Assembly: GCF_009914755.1 (NCBI RefSeq)
Contig: NC_060940.1
Strand: one strand, 5' to 3'
DNA from: the human T2T-CHM13v2.0 reference genome, Homo sapiens
Length of the DNA: 64,000 nucleotides
The notes under the pieces are model-generated. The model ran no database searches, was not told the DNA's origin, and saw only the letters and a list, made by a program, of their open reading frames with translations. Positions 1-16,899 of the stretch are shown here, piece after piece; position 1 is the stretch's first letter, and each line of letters starts with the position of its first letter. The position numbers were made by a program, and so were the translations under genes.

Positions 1-960
1 AGCCAGTATCTTTTTTTCTGTTCCTTCTTTCTATTCTCACCTTCAGTTCTCCAATAACATATCAACTTCTTTCATCCCATAAGCCTTAGTTTTTTTCTCT
101 TTTTTCCTCTATTAATTAGTTTGGCCATTTTCTTCTTTCCTGTATTACAGGTAATTAATTTTCTCTTTGGACATGTATAATCTGCTGTTAAACACATTCG
201 TTGTTTTTATTTTCAATTATTGATTTTTTTCCGTTGAATACATTCCATTTGCATCTTTTTATGGCTTACTGTTCTATGATAACGTTCTCAATCTGACTTC
301 TGTATCCTTATGAAGAATTATTTTAAAGTTTGTGATAATTGTATTACCTGATTTTTGAATCTGTTATATTCTCTGTTGTTTCCTCGATTTTGTCATTTAA
401 TAACATCTGCTTGTAGTGACTTTTATTTTTATTCTGTGCTGGATATTGCGAATAAGAAATTGTCAAAATTATTTGAGCCCTAGAGAAATGTACCCTTTTT
501 CCCAGAGCACTTTTAAGTTTGCTTTAGATGGAAAGTAGGGCCGTTAGCGATCACTTCTTGCGAAGACTGGTGTATCCTCAGCTTACCTGTCTTCTACGGT
601 ATGGTCCTTTTGGTTTCCAAGTCATAGACTTTGTGATTTTCCAAAGCCCTTTCTACTTGACAGCAAGTTAACTTTATTTTTTGAACTCTTAAACTTGTAC
701 ATCTGTCAAAAAGACTTGTCAATCTTTTCAGCCTCTCAGCCATTTCTGAAATCAGCATCAGTTTCTGTGATAAACATGGCCTTAAATGCTGAGTTCATCT
801 CACTGGGTATCTTATGCTGGACTTTCACTCTTTGATTTTTGTTGTCCCATAAACTCTTTGACACTTCCACACATACATTTTAAACTTGTTTTTGTTTTTT
901 TCTTTTTCTTGTTGTTCTTAGTTAGAAAGTTGTTCTCAGAGTAAGGTTGGGCATTACCAA
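1..960 (-). mobile_element. Old L1M fragment (ORF1/5' region, antisense), highly diverged
   Basis: T-rich antisense L1-like phrases (ttctctttggacatgtataatctgctgttaaac, ttttcaattattg); no ORF. Confidence 0.55.
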
Positions 961-1039
961 AACCAGAATTCCTATTTTTTCTTAATTTATAAAAGAAATT
1001 CTAGAAAATTATTTCTTAAGCAAATGTATACAAGTATAA

Positions 1040-1358
<319 letters not shown>

Positions 1359-3280
1359 TTAAGTTCTTATTCATAAATCTATGAGGTAAAGATGTTTAGG
1401 TACTCATGAAAATTTTCATCAACTCGTCTACCTGTAACTGTTCATCAGAATTCTGACTTATGTCTACTTAATTTTATGTGCTTAAAGATTAATGATCTTT
1501 TAAAAAATATCATTAAACGTTGAACCTGAAGAAAACTTTGAATTTCAGTAAGGTTTTCCATTTTATAGATGTGGTAATTGCAATTCAGAGCAATGGCAGC
1601 AGCAAGAATATCACCTATGATAAATGTGCGACTCAGGATTATACCTGTCTATATACTGCATGGTATTATTTGATTGTTTAGTTCAAGAACCATACTTATT
1701 CTGTATACTTGTATTATCTGGTATAAGTGCATGTCTCAAGGACACTTTAGTTCTAAGATCAATAGGACTATATGAGGGTTTTATCACCAGTGTTTGACAA
1801 ATGTCCCCAATAGATTGTTTGATGATTTATCTGCACACAAATTATAGATCCTTGCCATGTAGAAGGAAACGGTTCCCCTTGTTAAAGCAAAACTTATCTG
1901 GTTAACCATTGCATGGACTCAGACCAATACTGAAAGATAACATCAAAGAAATTTTATTATTTGCCTGTCACAAGAATCAGAATAAATGGTGAGTGAGAAG
2001 ATATTACTAAATAGTCTAATTTTTTACATTTAATAGTTTAACACATCTCACTTAGATTTGCCTAAAGGACTATAAAATAAGAATTTGAAAAATCATGTCA
2101 CCTTAATCGTGCAATATAAAAATAAAGATAAGTGAAATCTCCATTATAGATAATGCAACATGTAGGCATCATATCGAGAGAAATTATTTTTGAAATGAAG
2201 TCCTAGTTCTAGTCTCCAGACATTCTATTGTCATCTTCCAACATGATAAAAATCTAATATATTTTCCTCTTTTCTACAGCTTACTATCACATACTATCTG
2301 TTAAATTTTATAAAATTCTGTGCCATATTTTAAACATACATCAAGTTTATCAACTTTATTCGTATAAATATGCATTACTAAGAATGTTTACTATTTTTAT
2401 TTCAAAATAACCTTATTCTGAGATAGGAAACACAGTTTTGTTTATCTTTAACCAAACTAACTTACACTTTAATTCTCTCTATTGAACGTGGTATAGTAAT
2501 TCTAATTCAATTTAATGTTTCAGTATCAAGTATTCTACATAATTTTTTGGTTTGTTGTATCTTGATTATTAAACATGAGTAGGTACAAAGGAAAATATTA
2601 AAATGAAGAGACTGAGGAACATATGCCCTGTAAGAATTTCTATTTTTAAAGGACAGGTTTTCAAATAAACATAGGCAGTTGGCTTATATGCATTTAACTA
2701 ATTTCAGTACCCTTTGAATAAACAAAAAATGATACTAGTTTCTGAAAATAGAAGAAACATATCTCATGTAGCTTGATTTTAATATTGTGTCTAGCTTTTT
2801 TCTCTGTTACTAATATGTGTTGCTTGCAATTCACAAGCTCTTATATAATGCCATATAAATTTAATATGCCCTGAAGGGAATTTGCTCTAGGGACGTATTA
2901 AGAAGGCTAAATATGATCTTGAAAGTTATAAACTATGCTTTCCAATTTAGTGTTATTCAATCAGACCTAATTTATATTTCAGCATAAGCTGGAAATAAAA
3001 TAGAGTTTGCCTGGTTAATGTCCAAAGCAGAGAAGAATTTCTAGCAAATTCTCTAATATATGCCTAATTGATACTTCTATTGATAAAAACCTGACAGTGT
3101 TTATTAGCATCCCTGAGCAAAAAAATCCTTCTAATAGCTGTTAGTGTTTTGCAAAAATTATATGTCGTATCTTGGATCAGTAATCTTATCTCAACCAACT
3201 TTTTCTTTCCTTGGCATTATTTCCCAATATAGACTTATGACTATGTTAATAATAAAAGTTTTACCGTAAGTCTGATTTAA

Positions 3281-3415
<135 letters not shown>

Positions 3416-3619
3416 TAATTTCTAATTATTATTCCACATCTAGCCATTAGCTAGGAATTAGTCTTTAAGCACTTCTACTACATCCCTAAATAGTCCAAGG
3501 ATAAAAGTATCTGTCATGAACATTAGTATATTTAGAGAAACCATGTAGTGTAGCTTAGACTGGGAAGACAAAAATGCCTAGATTTACAAGTTACTACCTG
3601 TATGAATTTTTAAATAGAA

Positions 3620-5975
<2,356 letters not shown>

Positions 5976-5977
5976 AT

Positions 5978-7060
5978 TTTAAAATTTATTTTTAAATTAA
6001 CAAGTAAAAATTGCAATATTTATGGTGTACAATGTAATGCCTTAATATATGTACACATTGTGAAATGGCTAAATCAAGTCATTTAATATATGTATTACCT
6101 CACTCACGTACTTATCGTTTTTTTGTCTATGGTGAGAACACTTAAAACCTATTGTCTTAGAAATTTTCAAGTATACAATATTTTGTTAGTAACTATAGTC
6201 ATGATGATGTACAATAGATTTCTTCAACTTGTTTCTCCTGTCTAACTGAAATTTTGTATTGTTTAGCCAAAATATCCCATGTACCCCCAACTGCCAGCCT
6301 GTAGCAACCAACATTTTACTCTCCATTTGTATGAGTTTGACTTGTTCAGACTCCACCTATGAGAGAAGTCATGTGGCATTTGTCTTTCTGTGCCTGGCTT
6401 ATTTCACTTAGCATAATGTCCTCCAGGTTCATCTATGTTATTGCAACAGACAAAATTCCCTTCCTTCTATGGATGAACACTATTCCTTTATACATGCATG
6501 CATACACACACACACTCACAACCCACCACCTCCACACACACATCTCATTTTAAAATTCCATTCATTTGTTGATGGACACTTAAGTTGATTCCATATCTTG
6601 TTTATTGTGAATAATCCTGTAAAGAACATGGGAGTGAAGACATCTCTTTGAAATAGTAATTTCAATTACACTGAATATATACCCAGAAGTAAGATAGCTG
6701 GATCATACGGTTATGTTTTCAACTTTTTTTGAGAAATCTCTGTACTGTTTTTCTTTTAATTGCTGTACTAATATATATATTCCCACCAACAGTGTGCAAG
6801 GGTTGCCTTTTGTCCACATCTATGCCAACACTTGTTATTTTTCATCTCTTTGATAACAGCCATTCTAATAGATTTGATCCCTCACTGGAATTTTGGTTTG
6901 CATTTCCCTGATGATTAGTGGTGTTCAGAATTTTTCATATACCTGTCAGCCATTTTTATGTAGTCTTTTGAGAAATGTGTAGTCAGATCCCTTGCCATTA
7001 AAAAATCAGGTTGTCTTATTTTCTATTGAGTTATTTGAGTTCCTTATTTATTTTGAAAGT
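5978..7060 (-). mobile_element. L1MA-type 3' end fragment
   Basis: tatttatggtgtacaatg...ggtgagaacacttaaaacctattgtcttag...tatacccagaagt. Confidence 0.85.
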
Positions 7061-7064
7061 TAAT

Positions 7065-10000
7065 TCTTTTTGCTAACTTTGGGCTTAGTTTGTTCCTCTT
7101 TTTCTAGTTCCTTATGGTGTAAAGTTAGGTTGTTTACTTGGGTTTTTTTTTTCCTTAATGTAGGCATTTATCACAATAAACTTCCATCTTAGAACTGCTG
7201 TTGCTATATCCCATAATTTCTGGTATGTTGTGTTCCCATTTTTGTCTGTCTCAGAATATTTTAAAATTTCCCTTTAAATTTCTTCCTCTGACCCATCAGT
7301 TGTTTAAGAGCATGTTGTTTGATTTCCATATATTTGTAAATTTTTCAAGATTACTCCTGTTATTGTTTTCTAGTTCCGTACTATTGTGCAGGAAATATAT
7401 TTGATATGATTTCAATCTTGTTAAATTTGTTGAGACTTGTTTTGCAGCCTAAAATATTACTTATCCTGGAGAAAGTTCCATGCGCCCTTGAGGAAAATGT
7501 GTATTCTGTTGTTGGATGGAATGTTCTAGATATGTCTGTTAGGACCATTTGGCCTAAAGTGTAGCTTAAGTTGAGGTTTTATTATTGATTTTCTGTCTGG
7601 ATGATCTATCCATTGCTGAAAATGGGGTATTGAGGTCTTCTACCATTACTGTATTACAGTCTATCTCTCCTTTCAGGTCTATTACTATTTGCCTTACATA
7701 TTTAGTCATTCTGATATTGGGTGCATATATATTTATAATTGTTATATCCTCTTGATGTATTGATACCTTTAGTTTATAATCAATATAATGTCTTTGTCTC
7801 TTTTACAGTTTTTGACTTAAAGCCCATTTTATCTGACATAAGTATAATTACATTTGTTCTCTTTAGGTTTTAGTTTGCATAAAACATCTTTCTCTATCCT
7901 TTCACTTCCAGTCTGTTTGTCCAGCAGTTAAGGTGAGTCTCTTTTAGGCAGAAAATATTTGGATCTTGTTTTTTTTAATCCATTCAGCCACTCTGCCTTT
8001 TGATTATACAATTTAATTCGTTTACATTCAAGGTAATTATTGATCAGTAAGGACTCAATATTGTCAATTTGGTAATTGTTTCCTGTTTGTTTTATAGATT
8101 TTTTGTTCCTTTCCTTTTGCTATCTTTCCTTACAATTAGGTGATTTTCTTTAACGGTATTCTTTGATTCCTTACTTTTATCATTTGTGTGTCTGCTATAG
8201 GTTTTTGACTTGTGGTTACCATGAGGATTACATAAAACACTGTGTAGTTATAACTGGTTATTTTAGGGTGATAACTTAATGATCAGATAAAAAATCTCAA
8301 TACATTTACTCTACCACTCTCCATACAATTTATATATTTGATATCACAATTTATATCTTTTTATATTGCATACCCCTGAACAAATTATTGCAGTTATTAT
8401 GTCAATAGTTTTTATTTTAACCTTCAAACCAAAGAAGTAAGTGATTTACATACCACCATTACAGTATTAGAATATTCTGAATTTGACTTTGTAATTATTT
8501 TTACCAGTGAGTTTTATACTTTTATGGTTTAATGTTACTAATTAGCATCCTTTTCTTTCAGCTTGAAAAACCTTTTTTGGAATTTCTTGTAAGACAAGTC
8601 TTTTGGGAATGAATTCTCTCAGCCTTTATTTGGCTGGGAAAATCTTTATCTCTCCTTCATTTCTGAAGGAAAGCTTTGCTGGGTACAGTATTCTTAGTTG
8701 GGAGTTTTTTTTTTCTTCAGCACTTTAAATATATCATCCCACTCTTCCCTGGTCTGTTCTCAGTAGATTTCTGCTGAGATATCCACTGCTAGTCATATTG
8801 ACACTCCTTTATATGTAACTTGCTTCTTTTCTTGTGTTTCAGGATCCTCTTTTTGTCTTTGATTTTATATAGTTGGATTATAACATGTCTTGGTGTAGTC
8901 TTTTTTGGATTGGATCTAATTGGAGATCTTTGACCTTCCTGCCCATGGATATTTATATCTTTTCTCCAGGTTTGGAAAGTTTTCTAATATAATTTCTTTA
9001 AGCAAGCTTTCTACTCCTTTTTTTCTCTTTGCTTTCTTGAAATATTGTGACCCCAAATTTGTTCTTTTGATGCTGTTGCATAAGATCTCATAAGCTTCTT
9101 AATTCCTTTTCTTTTTTCTCCTCTGTTTGTGTACCTTCAAATAACCCGTTTTTTAAGTTCACAGATTCTTTCTGCTTCATTAATTTTGCTATTGATGTGC
9201 TCTATTTCGTTTTTATTTTGTTCATTCTATTTTTCATCTCCAAATTTTCTGCTTAGCTTTTTAAAATTATTTCAATCTCTCTGTTAAATTTCTTGTTTTG
9301 GCCATTTCTTATTTTCTACATTTTGCTGAATTGTTTCTCTATTTTCTTGACGTTCCCTGAACTTCCTTAAAGCAGCCATTTAAATTCTTTGTCAGGCAGT
9401 TCATACATCTCCATTTCTTTAAGGTTGATCACTGGAACTTTATTTTGTCAATTTGGTAATGTCATATTTCCTTCATCATACTTGATCCTTGTGGCTATGT
9501 GTCAATGTCAGCACATACGAAGAGGTAGATACTTATTCTGGTTTTTGAAGACTTACTTTTTCTGGGAAAGCACTTCAATAATCAGCCTATCTCAAGATTC
9601 TGGCAGGGCATCTGCCATGGTCCATGGGAAGACTTGCTGCTGGAGCCCTTGGGCTGGCTGTCTTGGTGCCCGAATTCACTCGGATGGTTGATTGGGTCTG
9701 CTAGGGTAAACCTATAGCTTATATTCCTGGGGACAGGCCTAAAGCCCATGTTCTCAGGGCCAGTCTTGTGCTGGGGTGAATCTGAAGCCTGGTGCCACTG
9801 GAGCTGGCGTGAAGCCTGGGGCCACTGAGACTAGCCTGAAGCTCAGAACCACTGTGGCCAGCCTGCTACTGAGGGCTGTTCATAGTCTAGGGCAACTGAA
9901 GTCAGCCTCACAGTGGTGTAGACTGAGATTGAGTCCACTGCAGAGGCCTGAAGTCTGGCACTGGGGCTGATCTGGAGCCTCAGTTCATGGGTACCAGCCT

Positions 10001-11375
10001 GTATTCTGGGGCTATGGGGGTCTATCTGGTGCTGGCTTTTACTGTGGTGGGCCCAGTGTTGGAGTCTAAGGCAAAGTCCTGGCTGACTTCCCTCTCTTTC
10101 TCTCATGCAGAGGTTATCTCTCTCTACACTGTACTGCCTTGGGTTGGGAAAAAGGCAACATAGGTAATGGAAACTGTCATTTCCAGCCTCTTCAATGTAT
10201 CTTTTCTTATTTCTGTGCTATTCCCAGGTTCTGTGATCTCTTACCTGGTTATTTGGTTCCCTTAGCTTTTGTGGTGGTGTTTTTGTGTGTAAATCGTTGT
10301 CAAAATTGATGTTTCTGTCGGGGGATTGTGGGCGGCAAGCCACCCAAGCGCCGAGGCAAGAGACCAAGGACACGAGCTGTTCCAGTATAATAAAATATAA
10401 AACAAGAATAGTTATACCAGATATAGATCTTAGATATGATTATATATGAATATCATTAATCATTAGTTGGTAGCAATTACTCTTTATTCCAATATTATAA
10501 TAATTCTTGATCTATAATCATAACCTAGGAGAAACCAGGCCATACAGAGATAGGAGCTGAGGGGACACAGTGAGGAGTGACCAGAAGACAAGAGTGCGAG
10601 CCTTCTGTTATGCCCAGACAGGGCCACCAGAAGGGTTCCTTGGTCTGGCGGTGATGCCAGCGTCTGGGAAGATGCCCGTTGTCAGGCGGACCGTGGTCTA
10701 GCAGTAGCGAAAAGTGTCAAGGAACAACACCCGCTACTTAGCAGACCAGGAAAGGGAGGCTCCCTTTCCCCGGGGGAGTTTAGAGAAGACTCTGTTCCTC
10801 CACCTCTTGTGGAGGGCCTGACATCAGTCAGACTTGCCCGCAGTTATCCGGAGGCCTAACCGTCTCCCTGTGATGCTGTGCTTCAGTGGTCACGCTCCTA
10901 GTCCACCTTCATGTTCCATCCTGTACACCTGGCTCTGCCTTCTAGATAGCAGTAGTAAATTAGTAAAAGTACTAAAAGTCTCTGATATGCAGAAATAATG
11001 GCGTAAGCTGTCTTTCTCTCTGTCTCCTCTCTCTCTCTCTGCCTTGGCTGCCAGGCGGGGAAGGGCCCCATGTCCAGTGGACACGTGACCCATGTGAACT
11101 TACCTATCATTGGAGATGACTCACACTCTTTACCCTGCCCCCTTTTGCTTTGTATCCAATAAATAACAGCGCAGCCAGACATTCGGGGCCACTACCGGTC
11201 TCTGCGCATTGGTGGTAGTGGTCCCCCGGGCCCAGCTGTCTTTTCTTTTATCTCTTTGTCTTGTGTTTTTATTTCTACACTCTCTCGTTGCCACACATGG
11301 GGAGAGACTCACTGACCCTGTGGGGCTGGTCCCTACAGGGGATGAATGCTGGAGAGTCCTATTCTGCCATCGTGC
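7065..11375 (-). mobile_element. Ancient L1 5' half (ORF2 endonuclease, ORF1, 5'UTR) reaching its 5' terminus; interrupted by LTR13
   Basis: Antisense EN region (tgtattctgttgttggatggaatgttctagatatgtctgttagg), ORF1 (tctccttcatttctgaaggaaagctttgctggg), GC-richer 5'UTR 9600-10320, terminus ctattctgccatc at ~11358-11370. Confidence 0.85.
10327..11337 (+). mobile_element. LTR13 solo LTR (HERV-K13/HML-4)
   Basis: TG...CA ends (tgtgggcggcaagccaccca...ggctggtccctaca), 1011 bp, AATAAA near 11158, perfect 6-bp TSD GGGGAT (10321-10326, 11338-11343). Confidence 0.92.
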
Positions 11376-12324
11376 TCTGCCCCTTTCTTAAGTCTATATT
11401 CTAATATATGATTGTTCAAAGCAAATTAATTACAATCACTATTTAATATTAGTCAATGTGCATTGCAAATCTTAGGATATACTAAAGATATTTTTGTTTA
11501 TAATATTTACCATCTCATTTTCCATTAACTCATAAAAATGAGCACAATGAGGTGATAGAAAAAATATTTTCATGATAAATAAGAATCACTGTGGTTTCCT
11601 TCAGAGTTAATGGGCAGTTTGGATCAGTCTTTTTCAAATTCGAGTGCATGATGAATTACATTAATTGCATTTTCATGAAGATACCTATGTTCAGAAAGAT
11701 GGCCTCACAGGAGCTATAAAGCTCTGTACCTCAATGGCTTTGAAAAAAATAAAAGACAATTATTTGGAAACTGATGTGTTGAGAAGCTTAGAATATATTT
11801 GGTTCTAAAGGCCTTAACCCACTCTAATTCTTCATCAAGGAAAATCAATCACAGGACGAGAACATGAATTAGATATCCCTAAATGTCATAACATTTATAT
11901 ATTGGATTTTATTTTTACTTCATTAAGAAACCAAATAAGACTGTAATTAAAGAAAACGATAGCATATGGCAGAGAGACTGTTTATGGTTTTCCCAACTTT
12001 ATACACCATTAGAAATTCTATGCTGTGAAGGACAAGCCAAGCGAAATATAAGCATAATTGATTAGAAACTTACTCCACTTTTAAATCATAGGGAAATCTA
12101 CTTTTATTTAATTTGAAATCTGTTACACAATTCTGTTTGAAATTGAATGCTCTAAAATTTCCCATGAAATTTGAAAGGGGATGAAAATGAATGAGGGAGC
12201 AAGGGCTTCAAAAGTCCCCTAACAGTATTATTTAATTTTAGAGACTTCCTTAGAGTAGATGTATCTTGAAATTTTGCTTTTGTAACTTCAGTAATAGTAA
12301 GTTAATCCCTCTGTTCAAGGGAGT

Positions 12325-12470
12325 GATTCAATAAAAACTGTTTGAATGCCTGCTATGTGCCAGGTGCTGTGTAATATTCTGAGAAAATAAAAAACAAGGA
12401 TGTTGATTTGTGTCCTCACAGAGTAGGCTGGGAAATAAACAAGTTAATATTTACATTGTGTGACAAATTC
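12325..12470 (-). mobile_element. L2 3' end fragment
   Basis: attcaataaaaactgtttgaatgcctgctatgtgccaggtgctg. Confidence 0.7.
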
Positions 12471-12799
12471 TATCTGGTCAGAGAAAAGTGATTGAGGGAC
12501 AGACCAACATATTATCTTAAGAGTCACTCTGGATCATTCACAAATTATCGGGACTCAACTTTCCTTTTCCTTCTCACATCCCAGCTTTCTGCTTTCCCTA
12601 TATAGCTACAGTTTTCCTTATAAGTATTCATGTGTTTTATAAGTCTGGACATACATATTTCTCCATGGAGTCCATGTTAATTTTTATATAGGTCAGTATT
12701 CTATGATGTTTCATTCTAATAGAGGACTGAGTCATCTTTAAATTTTTAACATTCCCTGTTTTCATTCAGGATTGAACCAGAACCACATATTTATATTTG

Positions 12800-13205
12800 T
12801 GTATGTTCGGTGTGGTGTATTGTGATGGTAATTGTGGGACGGTGTGCTATGTGGTATGATGCGATTTGGTACATGATATATTGGAAGTGGCATTGTATAG
12901 CATGTTCTGTTGTGTGGGTGGTGTAATACGTTCTGTTGGGGATAGTAGGTATAGGGTATAGGGTGTGTGGTGGGTTATGGTATAGTGTGCATTATGCACT
13001 GTGGTGCAGTATGTTGTGATGGACATGGTGGACATGGGTGTTGTGTGTGCTGTTGGGATGTGGTATTTGGCATGGCATGTAAAACAGTTGGAGTGGTAAA
13101 TGTGGTGTATACATGGTGTATTTGGAGGTGCACGATGCAGTGTATTTGAAATGGTAGGTCTAGGAGTGTGTAGTTTGATATAATACGGTGCTGTATTTTA
13201 TTATA
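12800..13205. repeat. Degenerate TG-rich pentamer-like simple repeat (TGTGG/TATGG/GTATG)
   Basis: ~400 bp with strong G/T strand bias and approximate 5-nt periodicity. Confidence 0.75.
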
Positions 13206-14591
13206 CAATATTCAAGTTCCATGTTTCTGAAGTCCAGCAAACAGAAGAAAGCATAAATTCCTGCAAATTAACAAGAAACACAGGTTGCGCTTGAATAGTA
13301 TTTTCTATGTAAACTTGCTAAGTTTCAATATATCTTTCCAATGCTCAATGCAATCTGCATATTGAAGGCTTGTTAGACTCATGGCAGGGGACTGGGTATT
13401 CTCAAAATGAATAAGACAAATTAAGTAAGTATCCTCTAGGACCTCTGATTTAGCAAGATTATAAATGTGCCGCTAATGTGCAACTTTTATTATCTTGACA
13501 ACGAACATGAGGTTTCCATTTTGGGAAGGGAACATTTTAGGGAAAATACCGTGATTGGCAGCTTGAGCTGGGAGGTACAGTCACCAGGACATGAGTACCC
13601 ACAACACCCGAATCACATGGGGAGCTACTCAGTATGAGGAAATCAGATGACTTTTTATTGTTTTCTTTCCTATACCAAATAAGAGAAAAACTATAAGTGA
13701 GAGAGACATGGAAAAAAAAAAAGACCCAGTGAGATCATATTGTGTGAGGGCTGTTGGTAGTGGTAGTGGGAAGCTAACTAAAATCTTAAGAGGTTCTTCA
13801 TGTTTAGAAACAAATGGTTTACATTTTTGTCATGTGAAAACACCTTCCATCTGTATATTTAAAACTTTACCTCTGTCTTTTAAAGTAGCCCTTAGATTTG
13901 GTAACCTCAGAATGATGTGTGGAAAGGCACTGGCAGAAGGTGATGTGATAGAAAGTAGAATCCAGAAAAGCTCAAAGGAGCCTTCAGCCAGAAGGGACCC
14001 AAGAAGGAAGCCCTTAGTGACTGTGCAGACATTGGAGAAGGTTCTCTACTACCCCAGGTTACAGTTTTAGGGACACACACTAATCTTAAGGGACAGGAGA
14101 GAGTCAGCTGAACTCTGAGTTAAAATTATGAGGTCTATTCTTCTAAGTATAAGTGAGGAAGAAACAAACTGATGTGGGAGAGTGGAATTTGTCATTTTAG
14201 TTGAGGCACAAAGGATGAGGGACACCATGAGGGAGCTGTCATTGACAAGAAAAACTGGGTGTCTCACTGACATAGAGAAAAAATGAAATTGAAAAAAACT
14301 TGTGTAATTTTCTTACATAGTAAGCTGGATATGGGACAAGAGAGAGCTAAAACTTCTCTTCTTATATAAAGCCATTGCTCCAGTGTAACTCTTCTGCTCA
14401 CTGTGGCGTGAATATGTCTCTCTTTCTCCAGTCACCTCTTCTTCCCTCTTGTTATGCCTTTTCTGTTCTTCCCCTGTATCCTCTGGCTGACCAGCATCTC
14501 CTCTGCCCCTAAAATTCCACAGGACAGATTGTCAGCAGTTACTGGAAAAGAACATGGATTTTAGAGTTAAGGACAAACACATGATTCTCAC

Positions 14592-16093
14592 TGTGGTTGG
14601 TGGACCCCAGGGCAGTCCCCATGATTCCTGCCCCCTTGTGTTCACACCTGTATAATCATCCCCTTAAGCATGGGTGGAACCTGTGAGTTACTTCTGACCA
14701 ATAGAATATGGAAAAGATGAAAGGATATTTTTGCAGATGTCATTAAGGCCTCACATCAGTTTCTTTTGAGTTAATAAAAAGGGAAATATTCTTGGGTGGG
14801 CCTGACTTAATCAGATGAAGGCCTTCAAAGGGGAAACTGAGTTCTTTGTAGGAACAGAAACGTCAGCACTGGTTTTGAAGAATTAAACTGCCATTTTGTG
14901 ATAAAGTCTATGGAGAGGGCTATGTAACAAGAAACCATGGTGACTTCAAGAAGCTGAGAAGTACCCTTAGTTGACAGAGAAAAAACAGATTGCACTGAAT
15001 CTATAGATTGCTTTGAGTAGGATATGGAGAAAAGGGAACCCTTGTGCACCACTGGTGAGAACATAAATTAATACAGCCATTATATTAAACAGTATGGAGA
15101 TTCTTTTAAAAGTTAAAAATATAATTACCATATGATCCAACAAACCCACTTCTGGGTATACACCCAGAAGAAACAAAATCAGCATTTTGAAGAGATAGTT
15201 GCACGCCCACGTTCATTGCAGCATTATTCACAATATCCAAGACATTGAAACAATGTAAGTGTCTGTCAGTGGATGACTGGATAAAGAAAATATCACACAC
15301 ATACACTGGCATATTATTCAGCCACAAAAAAGAAGGAAATCCTGTCATTTGTGACAACATGGATGAATCTAAAGGGCATTTTGCTCAGTAAAATAAGTCA
15401 AACAGAGAAAGATAAATACCATAAGATTTCTCTTATATGTGGGGTTCAAAAAAGGCAAACTCATAGAAACAGAGAGTAGAACGGTGGTTGTCAGGGACTG
15501 AGGGGTTGGGGGAAGTGGGAAGGTGTTGGTCAGATAGTACAGGTTTTCAGTTAGAAGGTAAATTCTAGGATCTAATGTACAGTTTAGTCACTATGGTTAA
15601 TAATACTATATTGTATACTTGAAATGTGCTAAGAGAATGGATCTTAAGTTTTCTCATCACACACATGTAACTATGTAAAGTGATGGATGTGTTAACTAAC
15701 TCGATGGTGGTACTCATTTCACAAAATATACATATATATCAAGACATCATGTACGCCTTAAATATATACAATTTTATTTGTCAATTATACTTTAATAAAA
15801 TTGGAAAAAATAAAAAATTTAACAACAACAACAAAAAAGGAAGAAAACAGAAACCCCAGTCCTATCACTGCAAGGAGATGAATTACATCAATATCCTGAG
15901 AGGGCTTGGAAACAGATCTTTCCACATTTGAGCCTCTGATGAGACCATAGCCCTGGATGATACCTGGATTTTAGCTGGTGTGATCCTGAAGTAAAGAACC
16001 CAGGTAAACTGTGATTGGACTTTTAACCTACAAAAACTATCAGCCAGTAAAGGAGTTTAGTTTTAAGCTGCTAAGTGTGTGGTAGTGTGTTAT
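14592..16093 (+). mobile_element. MLT1 (MLT1E/F-like) MaLR LTR split by an L1 insertion
   Basis: tgtggttgg...cttctgaccaatagaatatgg (5' part to ~14986); resumes ~15840 ccccagtcctatcactgcaaggag...ttttaagctgctaagtgtgtggtag...agaaaactaaca. Confidence 0.82.
14987..15838 (+). mobile_element. L1MA-type 3' end with short 5' inverted segment
   Basis: Sense ggatatggagaaaagggaaccc...tcaattatactttaataaaa + A-rich tail; 14987-15019 is antisense ORF2. Confidence 0.88.
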
Positions 16094-16224
16094 GCAACAC
16101 AGAAAACTAACATATTAATTTTAGGGAAAAAGCAAAAGTGGACTGAATTATGCACCACAAAGATCTCAGTGGTCTGAAATAATAGATTGATGCTTGAGGT
16201 GATAGAAATGCCTACTGGTAGTCA

Positions 16225-16790
16225 GAAACTCAGGGGTGGGATCTTGTATCCAACACATACTGCTGGGTGACCTTGAGGAAGTATTTGTTTAATTTTTTAG
16301 GCTTTGTGTTTTATTTGTTGTGAAGTAGGGACATTAATGATAACTGTCAGTCTGCTTGTGCTGCCATAACAAAATATCATAGGCTAGTTGACTTAAACAA
16401 CAGAAATTTATTTTCTCACAGTTCTGGAGGCTAAAAGTCCACAATCAAGATTCTGGCTGATTTGGTCTCCTGTGAGGGCTTCTTCCTGGCTTGCAGATGT
16501 TCATCATTTCACTATATTCTCACATGGCCTTTCCTCTGTGCATGCAGGTGGAGGGAGAGGAATGGCTCTCTGGTCTCTTCTTATAAGGACACTCATTCCA
16601 TCAGATCAGAGCCTCACCCATATGATCTCGTTTAACCTTAGCGGCTTCCTTACTCCAAGTGCATCCACACTCAGGGTTGGGGCTTCAGCCCTATGGTTTT
16701 GGGAGCACACATACGTTTCGTTTCTAACAGTATCCTTCCTTATAGAGTTTCATGTACCCCATAAATGATCTGTAATACATATATCTATAG
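16225..16790 (+). mobile_element. MIR split by MLT1A
   Basis: actgctgggtgaccttgaggaagtatt...gtagggacattaatgata, resuming gtatccttccttatagag after 16729. Confidence 0.55.
16345..16729 (-). mobile_element. MLT1A-like MaLR LTR
   Basis: gctgccataacaaaatatcataggctagttgacttaaacaacagaaatttattttctcacagttctggaggct. Confidence 0.87.
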
Positions 16791-16899
16791 CATATAAAGA
16801 ATACCTTGCAAAATAAGGAAAATGATGACCAAATCAACAGAAGATTTGTCAGAGGGATCCCTAAAATTAGCTGAAAAGATCATTGATGTCCTTAATAAT

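Noticed and set aside
13708-14070. 120-aa ORF in non-repeat sequence
   Set aside because: No recognisable domain, promoter or splice context; length compatible with chance.
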